NCBI GenBank assembly: GCA_964016885.1
Contig: CAXHJY010001290.1
Span: forward strand, 1 to 64,000
Length of the DNA stretch: 64,000 bases
From: Eledone cirrhosa
Taxonomy: Eukaryota
Direction of reading: 5' to 3'
Both the position numbers and the translations under genes were made by a program. The stretch's first letter is position 1, and the number at the start of each line of letters is the position of its first letter. Shown here piece by piece: positions 1 to 16,965 of this stretch. The notes beneath the pieces are model-generated. The model saw only the letters and a program-made list of their open reading frames with translations, searched no databases and was not told where the DNA came from.

Positions 1-52
1 CATACATACATATATACATATATATATACATACATATATATATACATATATA

Positions 53-84
<32 letters not shown>

Positions 85-100
85 CATATATACATATACG

Positions 101-150
<50 letters not shown>

Positions 151-167
151 TATACATATATATATAC

Positions 168-215
<48 letters not shown>

Positions 216-590
216 ATATATATGTATATATCTATGTATGTATATATATATGTATATATGTATGTATGTATATATATATGTATATATCTATGTATGTATA
301 TATATATGTATATATATATGTATGTATATATATATGTATATATATATATATATGTATATATATATGTATGTATATATGTATGTATATGTATATATATATG
401 TATGTATGTATGTATATATGTATGTATATATGTATGTATATATGTATGTATGTATATATGTATGTATATATATATGTATATATATATGTATATATATATG
501 TATATATATATGTATATATATATGTATATATATATATATGTATATATATATGTATATATATATATATGTATATATATATGTATATATGTA

Positions 591-639
<49 letters not shown>

Positions 640-728
640 GTATATATGTATATATATATATATATATGTATATGTATATATGTATATATATATATGTATA
701 TATGTATATATATATATATGTATATATG

Positions 729-759
<31 letters not shown>

Positions 760-985
760 GTATATATATATGTATATATATATATGTATATATATATATG
801 TATATATATATGTATATATATATGTATATATATATATGTATATATATGTATATATATGATATATATGTATATATATATATATGTGTATATATAGATATAT
901 ATGTATATATATATATGTGTATATGTATATATGTATATATATATATGTGTATATGTATATATATATATGTGCATATGTATATATG

Positions 986-1051
<66 letters not shown>

Positions 1052-1056
1052 GTGTG

Positions 1057-1181
<125 letters not shown>

Positions 1182-1195
1182 ATAAAAATGTTCAT

Positions 1196-1258
1196 TTAGT
1201 CGAGAATTAGCCGTCGAAACGGCTTGAGCTCAGCCGTCGGGGTCCTACTCGTTCCTAT
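1196..1258 (+). mobile_element. Family B fragment (hammerhead 3' half, Penelope-like terminus)
   Basis: GAATTAGCCGTC-GAAA-CGGCTTGAGCTCAGCCG-TC-GGGGTCC...GTTCCTAT, shared with 28285-28418 and 54356-54410. Confidence 0.7.
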
Positions 1259-1637
1259 ATATATGTATATATATATATCTATATATATGTATATGTATAT
1301 ATATGTATATATATGTGTATGTATATATATATATGTATATATATATGTGTATGTATATATATATATGTATATATATATGTATGTATATATATGTGTATGT
1401 ATATATATATATATATGTATATATGTATGCATATATATGTGTATGTATATATATATATATATGTATATATATATGTATGTATATATACGTGTATATATAT
1501 ATATGTATATATATGTATATATATATGTATGTATATATATGTATATATATGTATATATATGTGTATGTATGTATATATATATGTATATATATATATATAT
1601 GTATATATATGTGTATGTATGTATATATATATATATA

Positions 1638-1721
1638 TACTCCAGTCCTACAAACTGTAGAGTGCTACTTATCCGATATCTGCATTGCTTTATTGTACTA
1701 CAATAAAACTCACCTCCTACA
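1638..1721. mobile_element. Short dispersed element in a TA array (second copy at 52564-52647)
   Basis: Near-identical ~84 bp sequence TACTCCAGTCCTACAAACTGTAG...CACCTCCTACA at both sites. Confidence 0.7.
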
Positions 1722-1790
1722 TTATATATGTATATATATATGTATATATATATAAATATATATATATATATACATATATAAATATACATA

Positions 1791-2089
<299 letters not shown>

Positions 2090-2372
2090 TGTATATTTAT
2101 ATATGTATATATATGTATATTTATATATGTATATATATGTATATATATATATATATATATGTATATTTATATATGTATATATATGTATATATATATATAT
2201 ATATATGTATATTTATATATGTATATATATGTATATATATATATATATATGTATATGTATATATATGTATATATATTGTATATATATATGTATATATATA
2301 TGTATATATATATGTATATATATATATATGTATATATGTATATATATATATATGTATGTATATATATATATG

Positions 2373-2471
<99 letters not shown>

Positions 2472-2496
2472 GTATATATATGTATATATATATATG

Positions 2497-2541
<45 letters not shown>

Positions 2542-2888
2542 GTATATATATATATGTATATATATATATGTATATATATATATGTATATATATATATGTA
2601 TATATATATATGTATATATATATATGTATATATATATATGTATATATATATATGTATGTATATATATATATGTATATATGTATATATATATATATATGTG
2701 TATATATATGTATATATATGTATATATATGTATATATATGTATATATGTATATATATGTATATATATGTATATATATATATATATCTATATATCTATATA
2801 TGCATATATATATTTATATACATATATATATATCTATATCTATATATATATGTATATTTATATATATATCTATATATATATGTATATT

Positions 2889-2999
<111 letters not shown>

Positions 3000-3006
3000 G
3001 TATATA

Positions 3007-3281
<275 letters not shown>

Positions 3282-3370
3282 GTATATACATATATATATA
3301 TATATGTATATATGTATATACATATATATATATATGTATATACATATATATATATATATGTATATATATA

Positions 3371-4315
<945 letters not shown>

Positions 4316-4391
4316 GTATATACATATATATATATATATGTATATACATATATATATATATATGTATATACATATATATATATATATGTAT

Positions 4392-4432
<41 letters not shown>

Positions 4433-4477
4433 CATATATATATATATATGTATATACAAATATATATATATATGTAT

Positions 4478-4516
<39 letters not shown>

Positions 4517-4816
4517 CATATATATATATATATGTATATACATATATATATATATATGTATATACATATATATATATACATATATATATATATACATATA
4601 TGTATATACATATATATATATACATATATATATATATATGTATATATATATACATATATATATATATGTATATATATATGTATATATATATGTATATATA
4701 TGTATATATATATGTATATATATATACATATATATATATATATGTATATATATATACATATATATATATGTATATATATATGTATATATATATGTATATA
4801 TATGTATATATATATG

Positions 4817-4867
<51 letters not shown>

Positions 4868-4868
4868 G

Positions 4869-4923
<55 letters not shown>

Positions 4924-5516
4924 GTATATGTATATATATTAAAAAAAAAGGAACTGATCTTTAATGCGAACATGGCTAGTAGATCACTGATGATGGATAG
5001 TCCCGGCTTCTCTTTCTAATTTTTACTTCCTATATTTGTATATGTATATATATATATGTATATATGTATAAATATGTATATATATGTATATATGTACAAA
5101 TATGTATATATATGTATAAATATGTATATATATGTATATAATGTATAATATGTATATGTAAATATGTATATATATATATATGTACATATATGTATATAAT
5201 GTATAAATATGTATATGTATAAATATGTATATGTGTATATATGTATATATATATGTACAAATATGTATGTATATATACGTATATATGTGTATAAATATGT
5301 ATGTATATATATGTATATATATATATAAGTATGGATATATATATATATATATATGTATATATAAGTATGTATATATATGTATATGTATATATATATGTAT
5401 ACATATATATATGTATACATACATATATATATATATATATGTATGTATATATTATTGTATGTATATATATTATTGTATGTATATATATTATGTATGTGTA
5501 AATATATATATATGTG

Positions 5517-5547
<31 letters not shown>

Positions 5548-6277
5548 GTATATATATATATGTATGTGTATATATATATATATATATATGTGTATGTGTA
5601 TATATATATATATGTATGTGTATATATATACATGTATGTGTATATATATATGTATGTGTAGATATATATATATATATATATGTATGTGTATGTATATATA
5701 TATGTATATATATATATGTATGTGTATATATATATATGTGTACGTATATATATATGTATGTGTATGTATATATGTATGTGTATGTATATATATATGTATG
5801 TGTATATATATATATATGTGTATATATATATATATGTATGTATATATGTATATATATATGTATATATATATGTATATATATATGTATGTATATGTTTATA
5901 TATATGTGTATATGTATGTATATGTTTATATATATGTGTATATGTATATATATATCTATATATATATGTATGTACATATATATATATGTATGTACATATA
6001 TATATGTGTATATGTATATATATATCTATATATATATGTATGTACATATATATATATGTATGTATATATATATATGTATGTACATATATATATATGTATG
6101 TATATATATATATATGTATGTATATATATGTATATATATATATATATATGTATGTATATATATATATATATATGTATGTATACATATATATATATATATA
6201 TGTATATATATGTATGTGTATATGTATATATATGTATGTGTATATATATATATATGTATATATATGTATGTGTATAT

Positions 6278-6309
<32 letters not shown>

Positions 6310-6312
6310 GCT

Positions 6313-6343
<31 letters not shown>

Positions 6344-7194
6344 GTATATGTTTATATATATATATGTATATATATATATACCTGTATGTATGGATATGTA
6401 TGTATATATGTATGTATGGATATGTATGTATATATGTATGTATATATGTATGTATGGATATGTATGTATATATGTATGTAGATATGTATGGATATGTATG
6501 TAGATATGTATGGATATGTATGTATATATGTATGGATATGTATGTATATATGTATGGATATGTATGTATATATGTATGGATATGTATGTATATATGTATG
6601 GATATGTATGTATATATGTATGGATATATATGTATGGATATATATGTATATATGTATGTATATATTTGTATATATGTATGTATGTATATATATGTATGTA
6701 TATATGTATGTTTATATATGTATGTATGTATGTATATATGTATGTATATATATCTATATATGTATGTATATATATATGTATATATGTATGTATATATATA
6801 TGTATGTATATATATATGTATATATGTATGTATATATATATGTATATATGTATGTATATATATATGTATATATGTATGTATATATATATGTATATATGTA
6901 TGTATATATATATGTATATATGTATGTATGTATATATGTATGTATATATATATGTATATATGTATGTATATATATATGTATATATGTATGTATATATATG
7001 TATATATGTATATATGTATATATATATGTATATATGCATGTATATATATATATATATGTATGTATATGTATATGTATATGTATATATGTATATATATATG
7101 TTTATATGTATGTATATATGTATATATATGTATGTATATATGTATATATATATATGTATGTATATATGTATATATATATATGTATGTATATATG

Positions 7195-7231
<37 letters not shown>

Positions 7232-7514
7232 GTATATGTATGTATATATATGTATATGTATGTATATGTATATGTATATGTATGTATATATATGTATATA
7301 GATATGTATATATGTATATATATGTATATATATTTATGTATATATATATGTATATATATATGTATATATATATTTATATGTATATATACATGTATATATA
7401 TATTTATATGTATATATACATGTATATATATATGTATATATATATATATATGTATATATATGTATATGTATATATATGTATATGTATATATATATGTATA
7501 TGTATATGTATATA

Positions 7515-7561
<47 letters not shown>

Positions 7562-7741
7562 GTATATATCTATGTATATGTATATATCTATATATATATC
7601 TATATATGTATATATATATATTCTATGTATATATATATATATTCTATATATGTATATATATATCTATATATGTATATATATATATTCTATATATGTATAT
7701 ATATATGTATATATATATATATATATGTATATGTATATATG

Positions 7742-7784
<43 letters not shown>

Positions 7785-7901
7785 GTGTATATATATATAT
7801 ATGTATATATATATGTGTATATATATATATATGTATATATATGTGTATATATATATATATGTATATATATATGTATATATATATATATGTATATATATAT
7901 G

Positions 7902-7932
<31 letters not shown>

Positions 7933-8220
7933 GTATATATATATAAATATCTATATATGTATTTATATATATCTATATATGTATATATATGAATATATAT
8001 ATGTATATATATATATGTTTATATATATATATATATCTATATATGTATATATATATATGTTTATATATATATATATATCTATATATGTATTTATATATGT
8101 TCATATATATGTATATATATGTATAGATATATATGTTCATATATATGTATATATATATGTTCATATATATGTATATATATATGTATATATATATGTATAT
8201 ATATATGTATATATATATGT

Positions 8221-8262
<42 letters not shown>

Positions 8263-8622
8263 ATGTATATATATATATATATATATGTATATGTATATAT
8301 GTATATATATATGTATATATATATGTGTATATGTATATGTATATATATATATGTATATATATATATGTATATGTATATATGTATATATATATATGTATAT
8401 ATATATATGTATATGTATATATGTATATATATTTGTATATATATATATATGTATATATATATGTATATATATATATGTATATATATATATGTATATATAT
8501 ATGTATATATATATATGTATATATATATGTATATATATATGTATATATGTATATATATATGTATATATATATATGTGTATAGATATGTATATATATATGT
8601 GTATATATATATGTATATATAT

Positions 8623-8760
8623 AACAAAGGAAATGTGGTAAGGAACCAGGTGGACCATAACGCACCAAAGTACTCAATACTTAGGGTAGTAGAGTGGGTA
8701 ATAGGAACAAGTAGGACCCTGACGGCTGAGCTCAGCCGTCGGGGTCCTACTTGTTCCTAT
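8623..8760 (-). mobile_element. Family B copy with terminal 60 bp fold-back
   Basis: AACAAAGGAAATGTGGTAAGGAACC... family sequence; 8701-8760 is palindromic about GAGCTC. Confidence 0.85.
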
Positions 8761-8929
8761 GTATATATATATATGTATATATATATATGTATATATATGT
8801 ATATATATATATGTATATATATGTATATATATATATGTATATATATGTATATATATATATGTATATATATATATGTATATATATATATGTATATATATAT
8901 ATGTATATATATATATGTATATATATATG

Positions 8930-8978
<49 letters not shown>

Positions 8979-9167
8979 GTATATATATATGTATATATAT
9001 GTATATATGTATATGTATATATGTATATATATATATGTATATATATGTATATATATATATGTATATATATGTATATATATATATGTATATGTATATATGT
9101 ATATGTATATATATATGTATATATATGTATATGTATATGTATATGTATATATATATGTATATATATG

Positions 9168-9212
<45 letters not shown>

Positions 9213-9340
9213 GTTCATATATATGTATATATATTTATATGTATATATATATATTATTTATATGTATATGTATATATATATATGTATATATGTATATATA
9301 TATGTATGTATATATATATGTATGTATATATATATATATG

Positions 9341-9393
<53 letters not shown>

Positions 9394-9504
9394 ATATATA
9401 TGTGTTTGTATATATATATATATTTATATATGTGTGTGTGTATATATATATATTTATATATATATATGTTTATATATATATGTGTATATATATGTGTGTG
9501 TATT

Positions 9505-9537
<33 letters not shown>

Positions 9538-9596
9538 GATACTGCTAATACATAATTGTATATATTCATAAATGTAACTAATTTATCATTTTACAG

Positions 9597-9714
9597 GCTA
9601 TTAAACACAACCTTAATGTGTGTCAGTCCATTATTAAATCAGGCCAGAAGTATGCTTCCAAACATGAGTCTCTTTCTCCATTGATGTTTTCTTATCATGG
9701 GACTGAATATCTTG
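9597..9714 (+). CDS. LANCL3: LanC-like protein 3, internal exon (AIKHNLNVCQSIIKSGQKYA...PLMFSYHGTEYLG)
   Basis: ttttacag acceptor, gtaaga donor, phase 1 end joins next exon to give YLG-AAHG; matches the LANCL3 motif PLMYSYYGTEYLGAAHG. Confidence 0.93.
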
Positions 9715-9982
9715 GTAAGAAGAGAAAATATTTTATTTTATATACCAAAACTATGTCATGTTCATTTTTAATTGATATCATTTTTCAACCATTTCTCTAG
9801 CACCACATCTAACCATTTCTTGCAGTCCTTTGTCATCTCACCTATGAAGTTCTGTTGCCAGAGATAAGATTTCTTCGTATTTCTTCTCTGGTCTTCCTCT
9901 CCTATAGTTTCCTTCCACTTGGACAGTTAGGCATTTCATTATCCAACTCTCAACATCCATATACATTGTATGTTCATATCAG

Positions 9983-10014
<32 letters not shown>

Positions 10015-10164
10015 TTGTATGTATATATATATATATATGCAGGATATTCAATCTATTGCAAGAGAACTTAATTAGTATAGTTAAAATTTCAAACATTTAA
10101 CATGTATGCATGACCTTATGAGAGGCCAATGTTGAAGCAGCTTCTCCACTGTACAGTGGTGGCC

Positions 10165-10231
10165 ATAACTGGACCAAAAAAACCTAAGGTTATATATATA
10201 TATATATATAACCTTAGGTTTTTTGGTCCAG

Positions 10232-10235
<4 letters not shown>
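10165..10235. repeat. Short inverted repeat with (TA)n loop
   Basis: TAACTGGACCAAAAAAACCTAAGGTT...AACCTTAGGTTTTTTGGTCCAGTTA. Confidence 0.85.
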
Positions 10236-10279
<44 letters not shown>

Positions 10280-10736
10280 ATATATATATATAACATTACA
10301 CATCCAGCAGAGCATGTTTGTCTCATTTCTTTCCACCCTTCACACTACCTCCACATTCATTCACCATTATTTGCTTTCATACAACATTGCACTTCATACA
10401 CAAACATCTTCACTCATTGTGAGAATCAATTTATTGTCGGCAGAGATAATAGCTATTTGAATCATCTCTGCCCCACTTTCATTTTTACTCTGGCTACAAT
10501 GTTTTTGGAGCAGCCTTCTCTAGTATAACTACTAATTCAGTCACCTAGGTAACAGAAGCTATCAACTACTTCTACACACCTTTTTTTATTTTACTTCTAG
10601 GCTATTCTGATGCGTCTGCTCCATACAATTGCCTTCTGTCCATGCCTGTGATTTCACAGCATCCCTTAACATAACTATATATTGTTATAATGGTATAGTT
10701 TATATGAAGCATTATGAGACTAATAAAAGCTGGTAC

Positions 10737-11070
10737 AATCATCATCATCATTGTTTAACTTCCATCTTCCATTCTAGCATGGGTTGGACGGGTTTGTCCC
10801 ACTTGAGGCAAGATTGGTTGGGTGACCGTGTCACACTCGTATAGAACTGTTTCTGGCAGGTTTTCTATGGCTGGATGCCCTTCCTAACACCAACCACATT
10901 TACAGTTTGGACTGGGAGCCTTTTTACCGTGTCTCCTACATGACCACTTTACAGTGTGGACTGGGTGCTTTTTATCATGTCTCCTACATGACCACTTTAC
11001 AGTGTGGAGTGGATGTTTTTTGTCATGTCACCTACATGACCACTTTACAGTGTGGGTTGGATGTTCTGTG
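10737..11070 (-). mobile_element. 3' end of RTE LINE family with ~4 copies of the 48 bp unit and (GAT)n tail
   Basis: Reverse complement matches 21830-22082 (3'UTR of the RTE copy). Confidence 0.85.
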
Positions 11071-11184
11071 GTACCAACATACAATGTGGATAAAAATATA
11101 AAGATGATACTAGAGTGGGGTAGGTAAAATAAGAATGATAAAACAAAAAACTCCAGCCTTTTGTTCTATGTTTAGTTATAACCC

Positions 11185-11270
11185 TTTAGGTTCTGAGTTC
11201 AAATCCTGCTCAGGTTAACTTAGCTTTTATCCTTCTTTCTGGAGTTGATAAAATAAAGTACCAGTCACAA
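11185..11270 (+). mobile_element. Degenerate SINE family 1 fragment
   Basis: TCTGAGTTCAAATCC B-box and GATAAAATAAAGTACCAG core. Confidence 0.7.
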
Positions 11271-11711
11271 CAGTGTTGACGAGATGGTCAGTGGTCCAAC
11301 AACAGCTATCTCTAGCTACCTTACTGTCTGTCTATCTTTCTGTTTGTCTTTTTGTTTGTCTATCTATCTAGCTAGCTAGATAGCAAGCAGGCTATCTGAG
11401 TATATATTTGATAATGATTAAAGAAAATGCAGAAGAATATTATTGTAATTGATTTAAATAAAGGTAAAATGAAATACTGCAATGACCAGAGTATCAAGAG
11501 GGACAAAGTCAAGAAAAATCAATCAACAGAATGCTGTTATCAAAAAATTATTTAATTAAATATTTTTTACAATAAACTGTATCATTTCTAGGGAGTACTA
11601 TGCTAGTAATGATGTAATAATGAAAAGTTTCATTCAATTTCTTCTTTTGACATATTTTTACTTTCTTGTTAAATCATTTTCTAAACAATATTATAATCTT
11701 GCCTCCCATAG

Positions 11712-11933
11712 GTGCTGCACATGGTTTATCATCAATTTTGTTGGCATTACTTTGCACTTCTAATCTATTTGAAACTTGTCCAACTGCTGAAGCTGATATA
11801 AAACAGTCTGTTGATTTTTTACTCACCATTGAGCAACCTAATTCAAACTATGCACCTGCTATGGATGAAGTAAACATGATACAGAAACGTCCCGATTCAG
11901 AAGAATTAATACATTGGTGTCATGGTGCGCCAG
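11712..11933 (+). CDS. LANCL3: LanC-like protein 3, penultimate exon (GAAHGLSSIL...ELIHWCHGAPG)
   Basis: cccatag acceptor, gtaaaa donor, 222 bp phase 1-1; contains the GxAHG and WCHGAPG LanC motifs. Confidence 0.95.
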
Positions 11934-12434
11934 GTAAAAAGTGATTTTGTTACTTCTCATAATAAACTATTACACACTCCAGATGTCTCAATATTTTGTA
12001 AGATCTAAATATTCATAATACTTTAAGCCCTATTTCACTGTAAATCTTTCCCAGCTCAGCATCTATCCTTGATAGTCTGGCAACTTTTCTCACTTTCATA
12101 TTTGTAAAGGCCATTTCCATCATATAACTGTCCACCTCAATTGCTGGTCGTTCTGTTGGCTCTATTGATGTAGTCCCTTTTCTTCCCACATATTTTCCAC
12201 ATTCAGTAACCTCTTATAATAACATTTCCAAGTATCTTTTCAACATCATAAAGGACATGTGTGCTGGTCTTATTTCGAACAAACTTTTCCCCAATGACAT
12301 CTTATTCTCATTGCTTTGTACTCAACTCAACAAACGTTCAACTACAGCTCATTAATCAATTGTTTTTATATGTAAAAAGCAGTTTTGTGTATGAGACTAA
12401 CTGAGAGAAAGAGAGAGAGAGAAACATGATTTAG

Positions 12435-12875
<441 letters not shown>

Positions 12876-12999
12876 TTTTTTAGTTGCATCTGTATTGCTA
12901 TATGCTACTTCAATACTGCTTTTCTCTCCTTAAAATATATTTATGCCTTTATGCAAATGAGATATTTACTTCCTCATATATGCAAAGAATTGCCATCAG

Positions 13000-13005
13000 A
13001 ATAAA
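13000..13005 (+). promoter_or_regulatory. Candidate polyadenylation signal of LANCL3
   Basis: First AATAAA ~125 nt after the stop, followed by T/GT-rich sequence; AT-rich background lowers specificity. Confidence 0.35.
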
Positions 13006-13387
13006 AATGTTAATTTTCATTTTGAGCTAATCATTGTAGTTTAATTAATTTTTTTGTTTGTTTCTATTTTTTCTGTTGTTATTTAAAATATGTTTCCATA
13101 TTCTGTTTAGGGTTGTATGTTTATAAAGGTATTATTTCGCAAAACATAACTACATACCTTAGATAAAGAAATAAAATAAAACATTTCAGTTCATAGAATA
13201 TACTCCAGATCAATTCAATTATGATTTTCTGACTTTTAATGTGGTGTGCTTTTTTTGTTTTAAGTTCCTTGCAATTTAACACTAAAATGAATTCTATTAA
13301 TGTTCTAAAAGTGAAATTGATTTGCAATAATGAAATTGAAAAGTTTCTATTAAAATTATCATATTCTATCAAAATTGTCTATTTTAT

Positions 13388-14482
13388 ATACCTGGGTGTC
13401 ATAATCAACAAATTTGACTCGAAATTCTCTTCCTGTCTCTGAGTCTGTCATGTAATTGTGTGTATAGTAACTAAGATTACTTTAAGCTATCCACTGCACA
13501 CCTCATAGCATTCTCTCACACTGTCCAGGCTTGAGCTGATATCTATGAAATCTGTCAACACATTCACACAAATGCATCAGAATAGATGTGTATATGATAT
13601 GGATTTACCAACCAAATACAAGGGGGCTTCAAAACGTTTGTGGAAAAAGTACATAGCTAAACATCATATGCAGGGATTTTCATCTCAATGCACCTGTACA
13701 TTCTCATACTAACTTGTCATAACATGTTCTAACATGAACCCTTAAAAGCATGTTGCTACGTTGTACTGTCAGCGCAAGTCAGTACCCGCTCGAGCAACAT
13801 GGCCTCCATCAAAACATGAAATTCATGGTGAAGCTAGGGTGGAAAAGTAGCCAGATCATTGACAATCTGGAGCAAGTTTATGGGGACAATACCACAATGA
13901 AATCAGCAAACTACAAATGGATAAATCGTTTTAGAAGTGGAAGAGATGAGGTTGAAGATGATCCTCAGTTGAAGATGTAAAAAAAAAGCAACTTTGACAT
14001 GTTTTAAATTGCATAGCCCTCAGTTTTACACAGATTGACTTAAAGGCTGGTATCAACGCTTGAAAGAGTGTATTGACCTAGATGTTGAAAAATATACATC
14101 ATAACTTAAACCGTTTTTTCCAACTGTCCCTTTTCCACGAACTTTTTGAAGCACCCTCATATACCAAGGATGTCATAATCTACAAGTTTCACTCGAAATT
14201 CTCTTCCTGTCTCTGGGTCTGTCATGTAATTGTGTGCATAGTAACCAATATTACCTTAAGCTATCTACTGCACACCTGATATTCTCCCACACTGTCCAGA
14301 CTTGAGCTGATATTTATGAAATCTGTCAACACATTCACACAAATGCATCAGAATAGATGTGTATATGATATTAACTCACCAACCAAATATACCAAGGGTG
14401 TCTTAATCAACAAATTTCACTCCAAATTCTTTTTCTGTCTCTGAGTCTGTCATGTAATTGTATGAATAGTAACCAAGATTAC
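13388..14482. repeat. ~228 bp tandem repeat, ~2.4 copies, interrupted by a mariner element
   Basis: Units start near 13388, 14161 and 14389 (ATACC..GGGTGTCATAATCAACAAATTT). Confidence 0.88.
13619..14159 (+). mobile_element. Internally deleted mariner transposon with N-terminal HTH remnant
   Basis: TIRs CAAGGGGGCTTCAAAACGTTTGTGGAAAA / TTTTCCACGAACTTTTTGAAGCACCCTCA, TA duplication; peptide MKFMVKLGWKSSQIIDNLEQVYGD...YKWINRFRSGRDEVEDDP resembles the mariner HTH. Confidence 0.9.
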
Positions 14483-14721
14483 AAGCCCATACATAAACAT
14501 TCCCTACATTCCATACAATTAAGCTTACTTTTGGCTGACTCTACTTACCTGTCAGTTGAAAAGAATGACAGATAAAATCATTATTTGTTATATTTTTCAA
14601 CCAATCAATGAGAACAATCAACTAAAAAAAAAAAGGGTGGTTGTATGAAAACTTTGGTTTGTAAATTTGGTTACTGCATATACTATGACAGACTCTAAAC
14701 ACTTCCATGAGTAATTTGTTC

Positions 14722-16245
14722 TGTCACAACAAAAAGCACCCAGCACACACTGTAAAGTGGTCATGTAGGAGTCATGACAAAATGCACCCAGCACACACTG
14801 TAAAGTGGTCATGTAGGAGTCGTGACAAAATGCACCCAGCACACACTGTAACGTGGTCATGTAGGTGTCGTGACAAAAAGCACCCAGCACACACTATAAA
14901 GTGGTCATGTAGGAATCGCGACAAAAAGCACCCAATCCACACTGTAAAGTGGTTGTGTAGGAGTCGTGGCAAAAAGCACCCAGCATACACTGTAAAGTGG
15001 TTGTGTAGGAGTCGCGGCAAAAAGCACCCAGTCCACACTGTAAAGTGGTTGTGTAGGAGTCACGGCAAAAAGCACCCAGTCCACACTGTAAAGTGGTTGT
15101 GTAGGTGTCACAACAAAAAGCACCCAGCATACACTGTAAAGTGGTTGTGTCGGAGTCACGGCAAAAAGCACCCAGTCCACACTGTAAAGTGGTTGTGTAG
15201 GAGTCACGGAAAAAAGCACCCAGTCCACACTGTAAAGTGGTTGTGTAGGAGTCACGGCAAAAAGCACCCAGTCCACACTGTAAAGTGGTTGTGTAGGAGT
15301 CACGGCAAAAAGCACCCAGTCCACACTGTAAAGTGGTTGTGTAGGTGTCACAACAAAAAGCACCCAGCATACACTGTAAAGTGGTTGTGTCGGAGTCACG
15401 GCAAAAAGCACCCAGTCCACACTGTAAAGTGGTTGTGTTGGAGTCACGGCAAAAAGCACCCAGTCCACACTGTAAAGTGGTTGTGTAGGAGTCACGGCAA
15501 AAAGCACCCAGTCCACACTGTAAAGTGGTTGTGTAGGAGTCACGGCAAAAAGCACCCAGTCCACACTGTAAAGTGGTTGTGTAGGAGTCACGGCAAAAAG
15601 CACCCAGTCCACACTGTAAAGTGGTTGTGTAGGTGTCACAACAAAAAGCACCCAGCATACACTGTAAAGTGGTTGTGTCGGAGTCACGGCAAAAAGCACC
15701 CAGTCCACACTGTAAAGTGGTTGTGTTGGAGTCACGGCAAAAAGCACCCAGTCCACACTGTAAAGTGGTTGTGTAGGAGTCACGGCAAAAAGCACCCAGT
15801 CCACACTGTAAAGTGGTTGTGTAGGAGTCACGGCAAAAAGCACCCAGTCCACACTGTAAAGTGGTTGTGTAGGAGTCACGGCAAAAAGCACCCAGTCCAC
15901 ACTGTAAAGTGGTTGTGTAGGTGTCACAACAAAAAGCACCCAGCATACACTGTAAAGTGGTTGTGTCGGAGTCACGGCAAAAAGCACCCAGTCCACACTG
16001 TAAAGTGGTTGTGTTGGAGTCACGGCAAAAAGCACCCAGTCCACACTGTAAAGTGGTTGTGTGGGAGTCATGGCAAAAAGCACCCAGTCCACACTGTAAA
16101 GTGGTTGTGTGGGAGTCATGGCAAAAAGCACCCAGTCCACACTGTAAAGTGGTTGTGTAGGAGTCACGGCAAAAAGCACCCAGCATACACTGTAAAGTGG
16201 TTGTGTAGGAGTCACGGCAAAAAGCACCCAGCATACACTGTAAAT
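14722..16245 (+). repeat. 48 bp minisatellite, ~32 units, with 288 bp higher-order structure
   Basis: Unit CACCCAGTCCACACTGTAAAGTGGTTGTGTAGGAGTCACGGCAAAAAG; 16-aa periodic ORFs. Confidence 0.97.
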
Positions 16246-16405
16246 GTGGTTTGCATTAGGAAGGACACCCAACTATAGAAACCAAGCCAGAAACCGTTCT
16301 GAATGAGCAAGATACGGTCATCTGATCTGGCTTGCCTCACAACAGGACAACTCGTCTAACCAATGCTAACATGAAAAAATGGACAATAAAAGGTGATGAT
16401 GATGA
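16246..16405 (+). mobile_element. RTE LINE 3' terminus directly following the 48 bp array
   Basis: GTGGTTTGCATTAGGAAGGACACCC...TGGAC...GATGATGAT resembles 21924-22082. Confidence 0.75.
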
Positions 16406-16667
16406 TTGCTAATTACTGTGTTACTTATTTGTAAGAGTTTCATTGTTTCATTGATAAACATGTGTAAGCAGGTAAGAGAACTCCACGTCAGTTGTATCTA
16501 TCTAGCATTATGGTGGTGATCAAACACAACAGAATTTCTATATATGAAATTAATGTTAAGACAGATATTACATAATCATATCTATTATATAATACGTTTT
16601 TCACTTGACATGTTATGCAATAATTACAACAGCAACCAGCAACAGTGTGACATAAGCAGATGTGAAA

Positions 16668-16965
16668 CATGGCAACTACCCCTGACGGTGCAGCTGCTTT
16701 ACCTGTCTTCATATTCTTGATTGCCTTCTTACTATATTACTGCTGAGTCATATAGCTGGTTTCTCGTTGGTTTTATTTGGGGCAAACTATCTTCTTCCCA
16801 TGCATTCATCTCATTCAGTAGTCTTTCATAGCGGAACTTACATACTACTTTCTTTTCAGCGTTGGTGAGAGCAAGTACATCATTATTAGCTCGGACACAC
16901 TTATCTCCATCACTCACCATCACAATTTTCCTTGACAGACTGTCTCGCAATTCTGAACACCTCAT
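16668..16965 (-). pseudogene. RTE LINE ORF fragment (region N-terminal to RT)
   Basis: Peptides GDKCVRANNDVLALTNAEKK...YERLLNEMNAWEEDSL and MKTGKAAAPSGVVA resemble RTE ORF2 linker and RT domain 0. Confidence 0.75.

Noticed and set aside
4981-5005. CTGATGA motifs here, at 52481 (minus) and at 50195 (minus), plus an eroded motif at 10112-10175, as hammerheads
   Set aside because: No properly placed GAAA and stems; at most decayed remnants
14722-16245. CRISPR-like appearance of this array and of 47036-48610 and 60835-61918
   Set aside because: No unique spacers, no cas genes, eukaryotic context
14707-16278. 523 aa Cys/His/Lys-rich repeat protein and its antisense ORFs
   Set aside because: The 48 bp unit is a multiple of 3 and derives from a LINE 3'UTR; open in several frames on both strands
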